From assembly GCA_021613535.1 (NCBI GenBank), contig CP075494.1, forward strand, positions 5,642,001 through 5,706,000: a stretch of 64,000 nt of DNA, in the 5' to 3' direction. Positions 25,989-37,394 of the stretch are shown in pieces (within the stretch, counting starts at the first letter, position 1; each line of letters begins with the position of its first letter). A program made the translations under genes and the position numbers. A model generated the notes under the pieces. The model was not told where the DNA came from, searched no databases, and saw nothing but the letters and a program-made list of their open reading frames with translations. The stretch is from Adineta vaga (lineage: Eukaryota > Animalia > Rotifera).

Positions 25989-28914
25989 CAATTTCTTGTT
26001 GTCTCTATTCGTATATTTGAATAAAACAGAATCGAAAAAATCTTTGGCGAAACACATTCGAAAACATTTACTATCTAATTTACTAAACACTGATAGAGAA
26101 AAAAAACAACTTTTTGTTCTATCAATAATCACGTCTAGTTTAGTTTTGAAACTAGTTTGTCCTAAAGAGAGACATGTATAAGAACTTAGATCGACAATAT
26201 ATCGGCAGAAAATTTCTATTTAGCACATATTAGAAAAAGAACTTATTAATATGGCATCATCTGAGAAATGAAGGTTAAGGATCATGCAAGAAAAGAAAAT
26301 GAAGTAGATACTCTTCATATTCATTATTCGTTCGAGAAGTGTACTAGAAGATAAGAAGATGAAAGTATCATACATATACATACGTTGGAAGATCATGTTC
26401 TATTCTTGATCAAATTCAATATTTTAATCTAAGCACTATCGTACGCTAGTTGTTTTTTATTAATAAAATTTCATTGACAATATACTCGATAGTTAGTTCA
26501 TTTTGAAAGTCAAGAAGGAATAGCAGTACAACTGGACAGATATTAATATAAGATCAATCGATTAATTAGAATTGTTGAGATATAAACATCATAACAAAGT
26601 CTATGTATGTATGCAGAATAGGAAAATCATCAACCAACTACATTGATATCTGAAATAACTGAATGCATAATAGAATTTAGTTGACTACACATGAATTCTA
26701 ATTCATTAAAAATCGTTAATCATGCATATGATTTGATGATTTTTTTTCACTTTGATAAATATTTATATTAGATTTAATGAAGTTTTTTTTCTTCTAATAG
26801 AATCGTTTCAAAATAAAAGTACTTGGCAAATATTTTAATGATATTTATCTTATATGATACGAATTCAATACTTTTCGATGAATGCTTTATTATTATTTTC
26901 TTTTTAATTAACAACTTGCTCTCATAGACTTAAACGTTAGTAACCTTAACCTAAATCATTTTTTTATAATGAAAAAAGAGAGAAATATCACACTCGATCA
27001 ATATTATTAATTTGCCTTGTTTCTCTTTTCTTTCCCTACTGAATACACGATCGTGTTAGGATAATATAAAGTTGTCTGCAATATGTTGATTCAATATGTA
27101 TACATATACTAGTCAGCTCAAATTCACTACTACGTCAAGTGTTGTTATCCAGTCATGGAATAAAAAAACTGTTCTAATCTATAAATGAACCATTGGAATG
27201 AATATAAAAGAAGAGATGAGAATGAAGAGTATCTAAATGGACGTTTTTTTCTTTTTTCTCGCTCTTTCCCTCTATCTCATGGATTCCCACCGAAGCGGAA
27301 TGCGTGATCGAACGAGATGTGCACTCGTTGTCTCCGTTGATTAACATCATCCACATGCAACTACTTTTGGTTAGTGCAACTAGAATAAGCGATCTTCTCG
27401 TTTTTTTTTCATTCTTTATTGTGGATTTATGTGTATATATATATATATAGATAGATAGAAGAATGTGCATAGAGTAGACAACTGATGACGACTGCAAACG
27501 ATTGCGCGATGCAATGGATTTAATCGAAGTGAGAGAGTGAGAGAGAGAAACGATCCCATGTGTGCATGTGAGGAAAATGCTATTATCATCATAGCACTCT
27601 ATGAGCGAGTAAGAGACATCTCTGTCATTTCCTCGTTTTCTATCTCTAGATTGTTTATAAAATTTAGATCCTACGAGCGCATGTATACAATAAACAAGAG
27701 TCTCAGTATGTTTCCAAGATGTGGTGTATGTAGAGTGAGAAAAAGAAAGAATTTTCTCGTAAGAGAACATTGATAGAAACAGCAGTAAGTATAAATTGTG
27801 CTCGAAAAAAAATAGTTTGTCTGCCGCAAGTAAGTATTGCAATGAAACAATGACTACTGATGACAAATCGATCGGGTACAGTGTGTCTTTAATCGTTTTG
27901 TTGACAACATTTCACTAAGGGAATATATGAGTGACATTTATTTCTCTTGAATTAATGAATAAAAATCGTTCAATTTATATTCCACATTTGATCTGACGAA
28001 AACTATCTTTCGTTTCTCTTTATCTTTAATCAAATTGTGTCTATTATTAGAATTAATTCAATTATCAAATATAATTGAAAACTAATTCAATGCTTTATAG
28101 AATTATAAGAAAATCAAAAAAAAACGAATTGATGGTAATATTAATGTTAAAATGATTGAAAAACGGCATGTGAACAAATACTGTCGATGATTTGCACATA
28201 AGACATTTTCTTTACGACGATCTATCATAACAGATGGTATTCTTTATTGACTGTCATATTTCTCTCGTACGGACACCATTATCAGACATATAGAAGATGA
28301 CGATAGATGCAACAAGTAGCCTCAAGAAAAGATCAATATCCGTTCTTTTTCATATACACGCCTTCTGATGTAAATGTCACTTAGAATAAAGAAGCAAATC
28401 ATCGCCGTCATCATCACCTTTACGAACAATCGTCAATGCCATTGTCTTACGGTATGTATTGACATCAGGATGGTTTCAATTATCATATACATAGGCATTC
28501 TTTCTTTCTTTTTTTATTATGTATATAAACATTTGAGAAAAAGAGAGATCGACAGAGAAGAAGCTAGTATTTAGATTACATCAAGAGATAATTGATCCGA
28601 GTCGCTAGTGAAATGATTGTTCAATTATTTATATTTAAATTCTGAGAGTGATTTCTTTCCTATCACCATGCGTACCAACCCTACCAAATAAATCAACATA
28701 TACACATACAAACTCACGCATATGAAGACTTTTTTTTCTTTTTTTTCTTCATTCTTCTTTTTATGGGTCGATTTCTTTTCTTTTTTTTCTCTTTCGCTAG
28801 TCCTCATCGACGAAAGCAAATAACCGAAAAAATGAGGAAAAGAAAGAGAGTGAGAGAGGAGACGAGTTTGCTAACATACATCACACTACATATATATATA
28901 AATCTCATTCTTCT

Positions 28915-29004
28915 TCTCTCTCTCTCTCTCTCTCTTTTTGTGATGCTAGTATAGCGTGTACATAACACATAGTCAGAAGGAAGCGAACAGAGAGAGAGAG
29001 AGAG
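28915..29004. repeat. (CT)n and (GA)n microsatellites
   Basis: CT run at about 28915-28934 and GA run at about 28989-29004, read directly from the sequence. Confidence 0.85.
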
Positions 29005-29647
29005 AAAAGTGACATTGCGCTACAAACACATCCAACAACACTCTTTCTCTCTACAGACACATATCTATAAGAAGTGTCTAATGATCAGAATGATGATAGA
29101 AAGATCATTCTTATACATCAAATGACCCACTTAACTTTTCTCCTCATTTACTTTCAACAACTAGAAGACATATTTCATCATGATTACACGAGTAAGAATA
29201 AAGGTACGTGTGTGGTTTTTCTTCTTCCAATATTCTTATTTCCAAGGGAAAAAAACAACTAAAATAGATCTATTTATAACAACAAATAGATTAATTTCTA
29301 TTCTTGTTTAATTTCTATATTAGAAATAAAACATACGTCTGACAGTTGCTTTACATAGGAATCAGCTGGAAGTCTTAAACAAAAACTAATACATTGCAAA
29401 AAAAATAACATCGAAGAAAATCGAGTACATAAGGTCTATCACCAATCAGTATTTCCTTAGATCAATAAACAATTGGACCAGAAGGTGGTCATATCCATAA
29501 AGAAGGTCATAATAACAACAAAATATTGTAGATGATTCCAATAGAAAGCAGAGATATTCATTCCAAGGTTTATAGAAGGAGGGAAAACAGCTTCTAGATT
29601 TTACTCTTATTTCTTTCTAGTGAATGTGTCCGATTGATACTATCTGC

Positions 29648-29731
29648 GTTGGTAATGCACGCCTGAAATTTTCCTCAAACCTTTGCTTTTATGTGAATAG
29701 GTGAGCAAAGTTTCAGGTGTATTGATCCAAC
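29648..29731 (+). ncRNA. mir-87: pre-miR-87 microRNA hairpin; mature 3p arm at about 29701-29722
   Basis: GTGAGCAAAGTTTCAGGTGT at 29701-29720 matches the recalled protostome miR-87 mature sequence (GUGAGCAAAGUUUCAGGUGU). The 5' arm ACGCCTGAAATTTTCCTCAAACCT (29659-29682) pairs with it, and GTTGG (29648-52)/CCAAC (29727-31) close the stem. Confidence 0.93.
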
Positions 29732-31724
29732 ACATATTCGTCATATTTCAACACATAATCAACCTATTGAAGTAAGTGTGTCGTTACTAGCACCTGTTTA
29801 TACACGAAGACAAATAACAGCAATAGCAGTACCACTTGAACAAATATGCGTGTCAATTAACATATTTCGATGTCGACGAGAAAATGAAGGAGAAGAATAA
29901 GACAAAAGGCCAGATATTGATTCGTTCCTCAGATGATGACTAACGATGTTAGATGTATCTAGATACACGTAGATATATATTTGTTCCGGAAAATCTTTTT
30001 TCCTTTAAGCTATGAAATTAACTAACATGATCAAAGAAGTATTTACATGAATCCTTGATTAGTAAAACTTGAAAAATCTATACTATTTTTCAACAAAGTA
30101 AAGAAATAATCTCATCAGACAATACTTGAGACAACTTCTTCAATTGTCTCATTGTTTTATCTTCTAACCCATCATTAACTGAATAATAAATGTTCAACTA
30201 AAATATTTATTATTTAATGCAAAAAAAAGCAGAATATTTTCTTTGATGTCTTCGTATGATTTCCGTTTTTTTTTACATAAGAGATGAAGTTTATCCCAAT
30301 TGTATATATGAGGATTAACATCTCCTATCATTCTCCTATCTCATTAATTACTGCATCGGAATCGGATGTGTTCTTCCTTTTTCTCTTCTGTCCTAATTTG
30401 ATTAAAGATAAGTAGATCCACTTGTGTGTTGTGCTTTACTATACTATAGATGTAATTAGCTTGTTAGATTCGTTTTGGTTTATTGAGAAGAAAAAAACGA
30501 GCATGAATGAATAACAATAGTTACTGATTGATTTCAATATTAATCTATAAAAGTTAATAGGACTATTCGAAGACAAGCAAGGGGATTAATATGAAAATTG
30601 CCGACAAAATGAAGTAGGTTGAAAAGTAAATATTTTTATTAGTGGTTATGAAATCTGTACAGTAAGTAGATTGATAAGATTGTCGTTACAATCTTAAAGA
30701 ATATTGTCTACACTTAGGAGAAAATGTAAGACGAGATGTTCTAACAAGGCCTATGTGATTGTATAATACCCTTTCAAGAAATGTATAAACAGATGTATTA
30801 ATAAAGGTTTCTTTTTTTATTTCGAATAAAATTGCAATGTAGATAAATATTTCTAAGATTCATTTTGATTTTATTTTTTATATTTTAAAATATCAGATTG
30901 AAGTTAAATCTTCTTTTCACATGAAAATAAATTGTCATCATCGCGTTCTCTCTCTCTCTCTTCTCCTTCTTCAGTGTAATCGAATGCTTTCTTTACAATC
31001 ATCATCCGAACAGAGCCAATATTGACGGTTTGCTCTCATTCGGCCTTTTTTTTAGACGTCAATCTCTCTTTCTCACTCTTTGTGTTTTATTTGAACAGAA
31101 AAAAAAGACAAGAGACAGAGATATTTGCCTACTTTTAATTATACGACGACAAGCAGCGAAAGGGAGAGCATAAGAGAAATGTCAATAAACCAAGTCTCAC
31201 ATTCTAGTTTTGATGATGCCTACCTAATAAATATGCTCAATCAATTCAATAGTAAACGTGTGAAATCAGAATGATGACAAGAGCAATTAAATATATGTAT
31301 ATATATATATATCTAACTATAATCTCAGCAGAAATTATCTCAACAATTTTATTTATGAAAGGAAAATGAAATTATTGTATAGACATATGTGATGGTTTAT
31401 AAACTGTCAAAATTTTCTTCTTTTTGTCTGCAAACAGATGATTTATTATATAATATACAACATGGATAGATATTCTTCTCTCATACATATTTCCTAATGA
31501 ACGTGATCTATTGAATTTATAATAATATAATCAGAGTAATAATCAATATCAATACAAACAAATGTAACATCTAAAAATATCTTCTCATAAATGCCAAATC
31601 ATCTTTTTCTGTCATTAATATAATAAGATTTATTTAAATATTAATATATCGATGATAGTTTACTATAAACTGATTATTAACAAGAATAAAACAACTACAG
31701 CTTAGAGCAAAACAAAATGCAATG

Positions 31725-32168
31725 TTAAGATTTATTGATGCTAACAATCTTATATTGAACACCATTAATAATTACAACAGATCCATCAAGATTGTTTGCA
31801 TCAAGTTCATTATTTGTAGGTGATTGTTGTTCAGTTGTATTGATGGTTAAAACTGGTTTCGATGGATTTTCTTTCGGTGGAGTAGGTGGTTTGGGAGTCG
31901 ATTTTGGTTGAGAGTCAGATGAAATCATTTGTTCTATATCAATACCAGTGTGTTGTTTGAATAAACTTTGTAATTGTTCATATTCTCGCTTTAATACTTG
32001 TAAATTTTGTACTAATTTTTCATTATCTTTTTCCAATTCATTTATTGAATTCATAGTTAAATCGCGTTCTCGGCGAGATTTTTCCCGTGATCTCTGTACA
32101 CTTTGGTTATTTTGATCACGTAATTGTTTATAACGAGGATCATTTCGTGGAACTGGTCGACGATGCAT
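31725..32168 (-). CDS. C/EBP-family (C/EBP-gamma-like) bZIP transcription factor
   Basis: Basic region YKQLRDQNNQSVQRSREKSR followed by zipper LEKDNEKLVQNLQVLKREYEQLQSLF; a possible in-frame upstream start at 32249 via intron 32176-32229. Confidence 0.85.
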   Translation of the reverse strand: MHRRPVPRNDPRYKQLRDQNNQSVQRSREKSRRERDLTMNSINELEKDNEKLVQNLQVLKREYEQLQSLFKQHTGIDIEQMISSDSQPKSTPKPPTPPKENPSKPVLTINTTEQQSPTNNELDANNLDGSVVIINGVQYKIVSINKS

Positions 32169-32465
32169 TATTATTCTAATAAAACTTTCTTATGAATGAA
32201 TAAAGTAGAAGAAAATATATAGTTTCTACATTTCCAAGTCCATCAGCATATGGATGATGACAGATCATTATTTATTGGTTCATCATGACGCATGTTAAAC
32301 CAATTAGAATTGATATCAACTTCTTCACTATATGATTAGAATAATTTATATGAAAATATTTCATTTTATTAATGAAATCATACGAATTGGAAAGTATTTC
32401 AATAGAAAAGGTTTCTTTTCTGAGTAACAACTAGCGGCATCTTTTGATCGTGTTATAATCATCAT
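32140..32465 (-). promoter_or_regulatory. Spliced 5' leader of the C/EBP gene with upstream ORFs
   Basis: Predicted introns 32328-32383 (56 nt) and 32176-32229 (54 nt); uORF1 32465->32272 (45 aa); uORF2 32268->32140 overlaps the main ATG out of frame. Confidence 0.5.
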
Positions 32466-32552
32466 ATTTATTAACAAAACAGACAGGAGCTACACTAAAA
32501 AAATATCATATACTAAAATTTCGTTACGATTTAGAGGAAAAGTTCAATAATT

Positions 32553-33272
32553 TCAAGAAGATTGATAAGTTGATTTGACATCAAAATCGAAATATGTATT
32601 AGGAAATGGTTCATTTTTCAGTGTAAAATGCCACCATTCTTTCCTATAACCGACAAAACCTGCTTGTTCCATGATATTTTTGAAGATTTTTCTCATCTGT
32701 TGATGATTTTCATTCACAAGTGTACTGTTTACAAATGATGCTTCATCGAATAAATCGAATGAAGAGCCCATATCAACTGTACCATCATCCAGAAATAAAA
32801 TTGTTGATTTATCATTCAGTATTCTTTTAATTGGTGTTACAGGATGTTGAACACGTTTTCCAATTGGAATTATAGTTAAATCAATTGTACTTCCTCTTGT
32901 ATGACCTGATTTCCTCGCAATATATCCAAGATTAAATGAATTTGCTTTATCAACTCGAGGATAATAATGTTCTTTCTTTGTTTGAGGATCATTGACATCT
33001 TCACTCCATTTAACGAAATGATTAACACTCTTTTGTGGTCGATAACTATCATAGATAACTAATTCATAACCATTTTCTTTCGCTAACTCTTGTGCATATT
33101 TTAATGATAAAGCTGCTGCTTTTGTCATAATCGATACATTTGAATAATAGCCATCAACAATCTTTCCAACAAAATTTTCTTCAGTAGCGTAACGTAAACT
33201 AACCTGAATATCTGGTATAATTTCGTGTATATAAACAAAGTCTGATGGTAAAGTTTCAGAAGATGAAGTCAT
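32553..33272 (-). CDS. ddpX: D-alanyl-D-alanine dipeptidase (VanX/DdpX, peptidase M15D), intronless, HGT candidate
   Basis: LRYATEENFVG, IYDSYRP, zinc motif SGHTRGSTIDLT, DMGSSFDLF and EWWHF are all intact. Confidence 0.95.
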   Translation of the reverse strand: MTSSSETLPSDFVYIHEIIPDIQVSLRYATEENFVGKIVDGYYSNVSIMTKAAALSLKYAQELAKENGYELVIYDSYRPQKSVNHFVKWSEDVNDPQTKKEHYYPRVDKANSFNLGYIARKSGHTRGSTIDLTIIPIGKRVQHPVTPIKRILNDKSTILFLDDGTVDMGSSFDLFDEASFVNSTLVNENHQQMRKIFKNIMEQAGFVGYRKEWWHFTLKNEPFPNTYFDFDVKSTYQSS

Positions 33273-34484
33273 TCTACAACGAGAGAGACTGCATGTTAGT
33301 TTATGATGTTATCTATACGAGTCTTATCGTACTTTTCTTTCATCGTTTTCATTTGATATCAGTCATCTTAGTTTTTAATAGAAAATATAATCCTATGCCA
33401 TTGTTTTTTTTTGGGAGATAAGTAATCGAAAGTATAATGGATCAAAATCATCTTCACTACTGATTTAATAATGATTGTAAGCTTACACATATACTTTCTG
33501 TAAACTATAATTATTCGGAACATACAAAATAGAAGTTATAGTATCCGTCAATTGACAAAACCAATCATCGATTATATATAAAAGAGAATAGAACGCAAAA
33601 ACTTTAACCTAGTTTTCTTTCTTTCTCTTTCATGTACGCACGACAAAAGTTGTCACTTGGTTATACGATGTTCTCACGAATAGTAAATAAAATATAATAA
33701 TAAAGAATGACTTCAAACGCGAGACTAAACTGAGAACATCCGTTTGAATATAGAATGTCCTAAAGAAAGATGATTTTGATTTTGAACTCTTCTTAGCTAA
33801 TCAAGAAAAGTTAGGCATGACTTTCGTTCAGCGAATGTTTTACATACAACTACAAGAACATATAATGAATAAAAAAGGTAACTAAACAAGCAACGTACGT
33901 TTTAAATTTCTCATACCATAAAATATATCGTCAAATGAAGTTAACTGCATTTTTTTATATTCCGCTTCGTATACCAACAAGTTAAAACTTTACGTTTGTG
34001 TGTTTTTACTATGAAAAGTATGGCTTCTGAATTAATAATGAAGTCTTCTAGGCATAACTCATTTTCTTTCTATAACATTCATTAGACAGTGTACTTTTCA
34101 ATCTTATTAGATTGCAACCACAAACAATTAGTGAAAAGAACAATCCTATCATATATACTTTTTCACCTGTTTTATTTTCTTTTTCTCAGAAATTTAAATA
34201 TTACATTTCGGTGAAACCAAGTATTAGAGACTAGTAGTTATTCAATCTTCATCTGCTTATTTTCTCCAAGATTTTGATTAAATTAGTTTTTTCTATTTAC
34301 TTTTGTTAATCATGTCGTTCAGTACACAGACAGCTGTGCGATAGGATTGTTTTTTTTACTAATCTTTATACTTCGGAAAACAAAAAAAAATCATATATTG
34401 AGTCCCACCGGATTTTCTCATATTTATTGTCGTTTGTTCTCTTAAAAACGTCAAGCAAAATAATCTACAGATGAATTCAACAGT

Positions 34485-35889
34485 CTATTGCTTGATTAAA
34501 GTATGCCACATTGAAAATGCTTGTCTTTCTTTGAATTGTTGCCAATGAATTGTTCCATTACCTGAACAAATATATGAAGAAGCAAGTTTGACTCGTCCTA
34601 TACATTGATATTCATTTTTTGGATTAGCATTGGAATAGAGATTGATAATAATCATCAAACGATCGAGATTATTGCAATTAAATGCTAAAATATTGAAATT
34701 TAATGGATTTTGAAAAGAAAAAAAAGACGAATTTAATCGATGAGATTTCGTTTCTTGAGTTGCTAATGGTCGATGACGATCGAGAAGAATCACTCGAAAG
34801 AAACAAGTTGCCGCTAGAGAAAAAGCAATGCTAAAACTTCTTGTAAAAGAAAATCTTTGAATACAAACTGGTTTTTTTTTGATCGATTTTTAAACCTTTA
34901 ACTCGTAGAATATCAACAATTAAATTATGATCATTGTTTTGTTCGAGAGAAACAAGAATTTGTACTGATGACTAAAGGGAAGAAAAAAGACGTTTTCCCA
35001 TAGATTGTTTTTACTTGATCTTTCTTACCGTTTTGATATTTTCAATTTCATGTGTAAAATGAATTTGATTCTCATTTTTAATATTACCAATTTCATTGAA
35101 ATGAATCTTTCCAATTTGTCCAATGTAAATCTGTTTCTTTGCTTGATCTTTGCCATGTATTTTCATACTTAATGTTTTGTCATCAACTTTAGTCGGCGAA
35201 ATATGAGAGAATTGAATTGAATATTCTTGGTTTTCTTTTGCAAAAACATTTTCATTCGGAAGAATATTTTTCATTGTTAAATCTTTCACTTTACCATCGG
35301 GATTTAATTTAACTTTAATAGTTAGTTGTTGAATAGTTGAAGGTAAACATGTTAACGAATGAAATTGTATTTTAATTTGTGAAGAATTTAAATACGAAAT
35401 TGAAAATGAAATAAGGCACGGATGAACTTGTTGCGATGATATTATTGTTTTGATAATTGAATCGATTGTACTGTGTTTTCCATCGAGTAAATTATGACAA
35501 ATGGCGACGGATCGACGGCGAAATTTTTCGGCTGTTGGTGGAAGTGAAAATTGAATTTGTGCCATTTGTTTTGGATCAATAATTGAACTTCGTCGTCGGC
35601 CAGTACATCGTGCTACGAAGAGATTAGTTGCTAAACTATGTGAACGAATTTGATTTGATTTCGTTATATCAAGATCGGATTCATTAGATAAACTTGATCT
35701 GTATGATGATAATCTTCTTGTAATAATATTCATTGTTGGTGGAATTGAATATCTAATCTTTTGTTTTTCATATGTTGTTGATGATGATGATAATTTGAGA
35801 TTGTCTCGAGAATGAATAAAAAGAATAATAAAGAATAATGAGGAAATTAATATGCTGATTATGATTATAATTAAAACCAAAGGAATCAT
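34485..35889 (-). CDS. Divergent synaptotagmin-like protein (N-terminal TM plus two C2 domains), 3 exons
   Basis: N-terminal TM helix, Ser/Arg linker, C2A-like and C2B-like ends (CIGRVKL...GTIHWQQF...MWHTL); two short introns keep the frame. Confidence 0.7.
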
Positions 35890-37327
35890 ATTTAGTTTTG
35901 TTTTTTAATTAAAATAAAGGTTATATCTTCAATGAAACTTCGACGCAAAATGTGAATAGGAAAAAAAGAAAAATCTCAACATCAACTAAGAAATCTTCTT
36001 GATTAAAAAAAAAAGAAAACTAAATGACTGACAGAAAAGAAATGATGTATAGTCAGATGTGTTTATTCATGACTATATGTATTATTGACAAACCCTTAAG
36101 AAATGAAGTCATGAGAACGAAGATCTTCATAAAGTCAAAATATTTACTTGGAAAATAAATATCATTAACTTTCATCGTTTAATCGACAGGTGAATTCAAT
36201 GAACATATGTTGAACTGAAGGACAGAATAAACTAGAATAGGAAGTGTCTGTTTTATATCAGACCTTTACATAAATTTCTTTCTTCTGTACTCTATCACTT
36301 GATAATATTTGAAGAAACGAGTCAACTGAAAAAGACTAAGTTGTGGGTGATTTTCTAACCGACGTAGTTGTGAAAAAAGAAACTATGATATATTTTTTTT
36401 TTCAAATGAAAAAACAGATGGTTAATTAATAATGTTTCTTAAAATAAGATAAGAGGAAGACGAAGAAGAAAGGAAAAGATGTTTTACTCCATTAATTTTT
36501 AATAAAATATCCTCGGGACATTGTCGCAATGGTTCTAATAGAAATTATCTTTGAAATGAGTACGTTTCACTAAGTCGACTCCTACTTATCTAAATCAAAG
36601 AAGTATACTTCGTGACTATAATTACATTTTATTTCTTTCGTTTAAGTTGTTAATTAACGGGAAAAGATTAGTTGATTGTATATCAACATTAAATACAGAA
36701 AAATCTAACAAAAGAAGCTTTAGTTTCTATAAGAACACGAAACGGATAAGCAGCATTGACGTCAGAGAATGGAGAGAGAGAGAGAGAGAAAAAAGAATTC
36801 CGTATCTTACTTACTCTAGCAAATCGAATTTGAGAAAAGAAAAACACTTTTTATCTTCTTAGCTTGATAAGAATTACTTAATGACAAATAATCAAAAAAG
36901 AAAAGAGACACATATATATCTACACATATAATCCGTTGATATACAAGATAAAGAATTCTTTCCAAACATGTTCATTATGACATGAAATATATTATATAGA
37001 ATAAATTTTATTATTTTTATTTTATTAATATCATCATCTTTACGAAAAAAAAAATGAAAAGACATTGTCATCATGATAGATTATTTTCGTCATATATTTA
37101 TCAAAGAGACTGAAAACAATACGTCAGAAAGTATATGAGAATGATGGCCATATAAAAAAAAAGAATCCAATCCAATCAATAATCGTACCGATAAAAGTAC
37201 ATCTGTGCGTCAAGTAGAATGGGAAAGAAAAGACCCAAACATTCGAGGTTGATTCGTAAACGTTATATCATATCTATTTCCACCTCCATATTTGCGTTTG
37301 AATAATGCCCGAATGACGTTTGAATTG

Positions 37328-37351
37328 AATATATATATATATATATATATA
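37328..37351. repeat. (TA)n microsatellite
   Basis: Perfect TA run immediately upstream of the ATP-grasp gene. Confidence 0.85.
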
Positions 37352-37394
37352 CTATTGGTTGCTATTACTTTTCTTTTTCGTTCTGACAATAACA

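Noticed and set aside
27174-27866. 230-aa minus-strand ORF and an overlapping 78-aa plus-strand ORF
   Set aside because: They run through TA/GA microsatellites, the long ORF starts at a non-ATG codon, and there are no recognisable motifs; probably chance ORFs in regulatory DNA.
29788-29810. TAGCACC (miR-29-like seed) just downstream of miR-87
   Set aside because: The rest does not match miR-29 and no convincing hairpin is present.
30411-30426. AGTAGATCCACTTGTG, resembling part of miR-100/miR-10
   Set aside because: The seed (ACCCGT/ACCCTG) is absent and no pairing arm was found.
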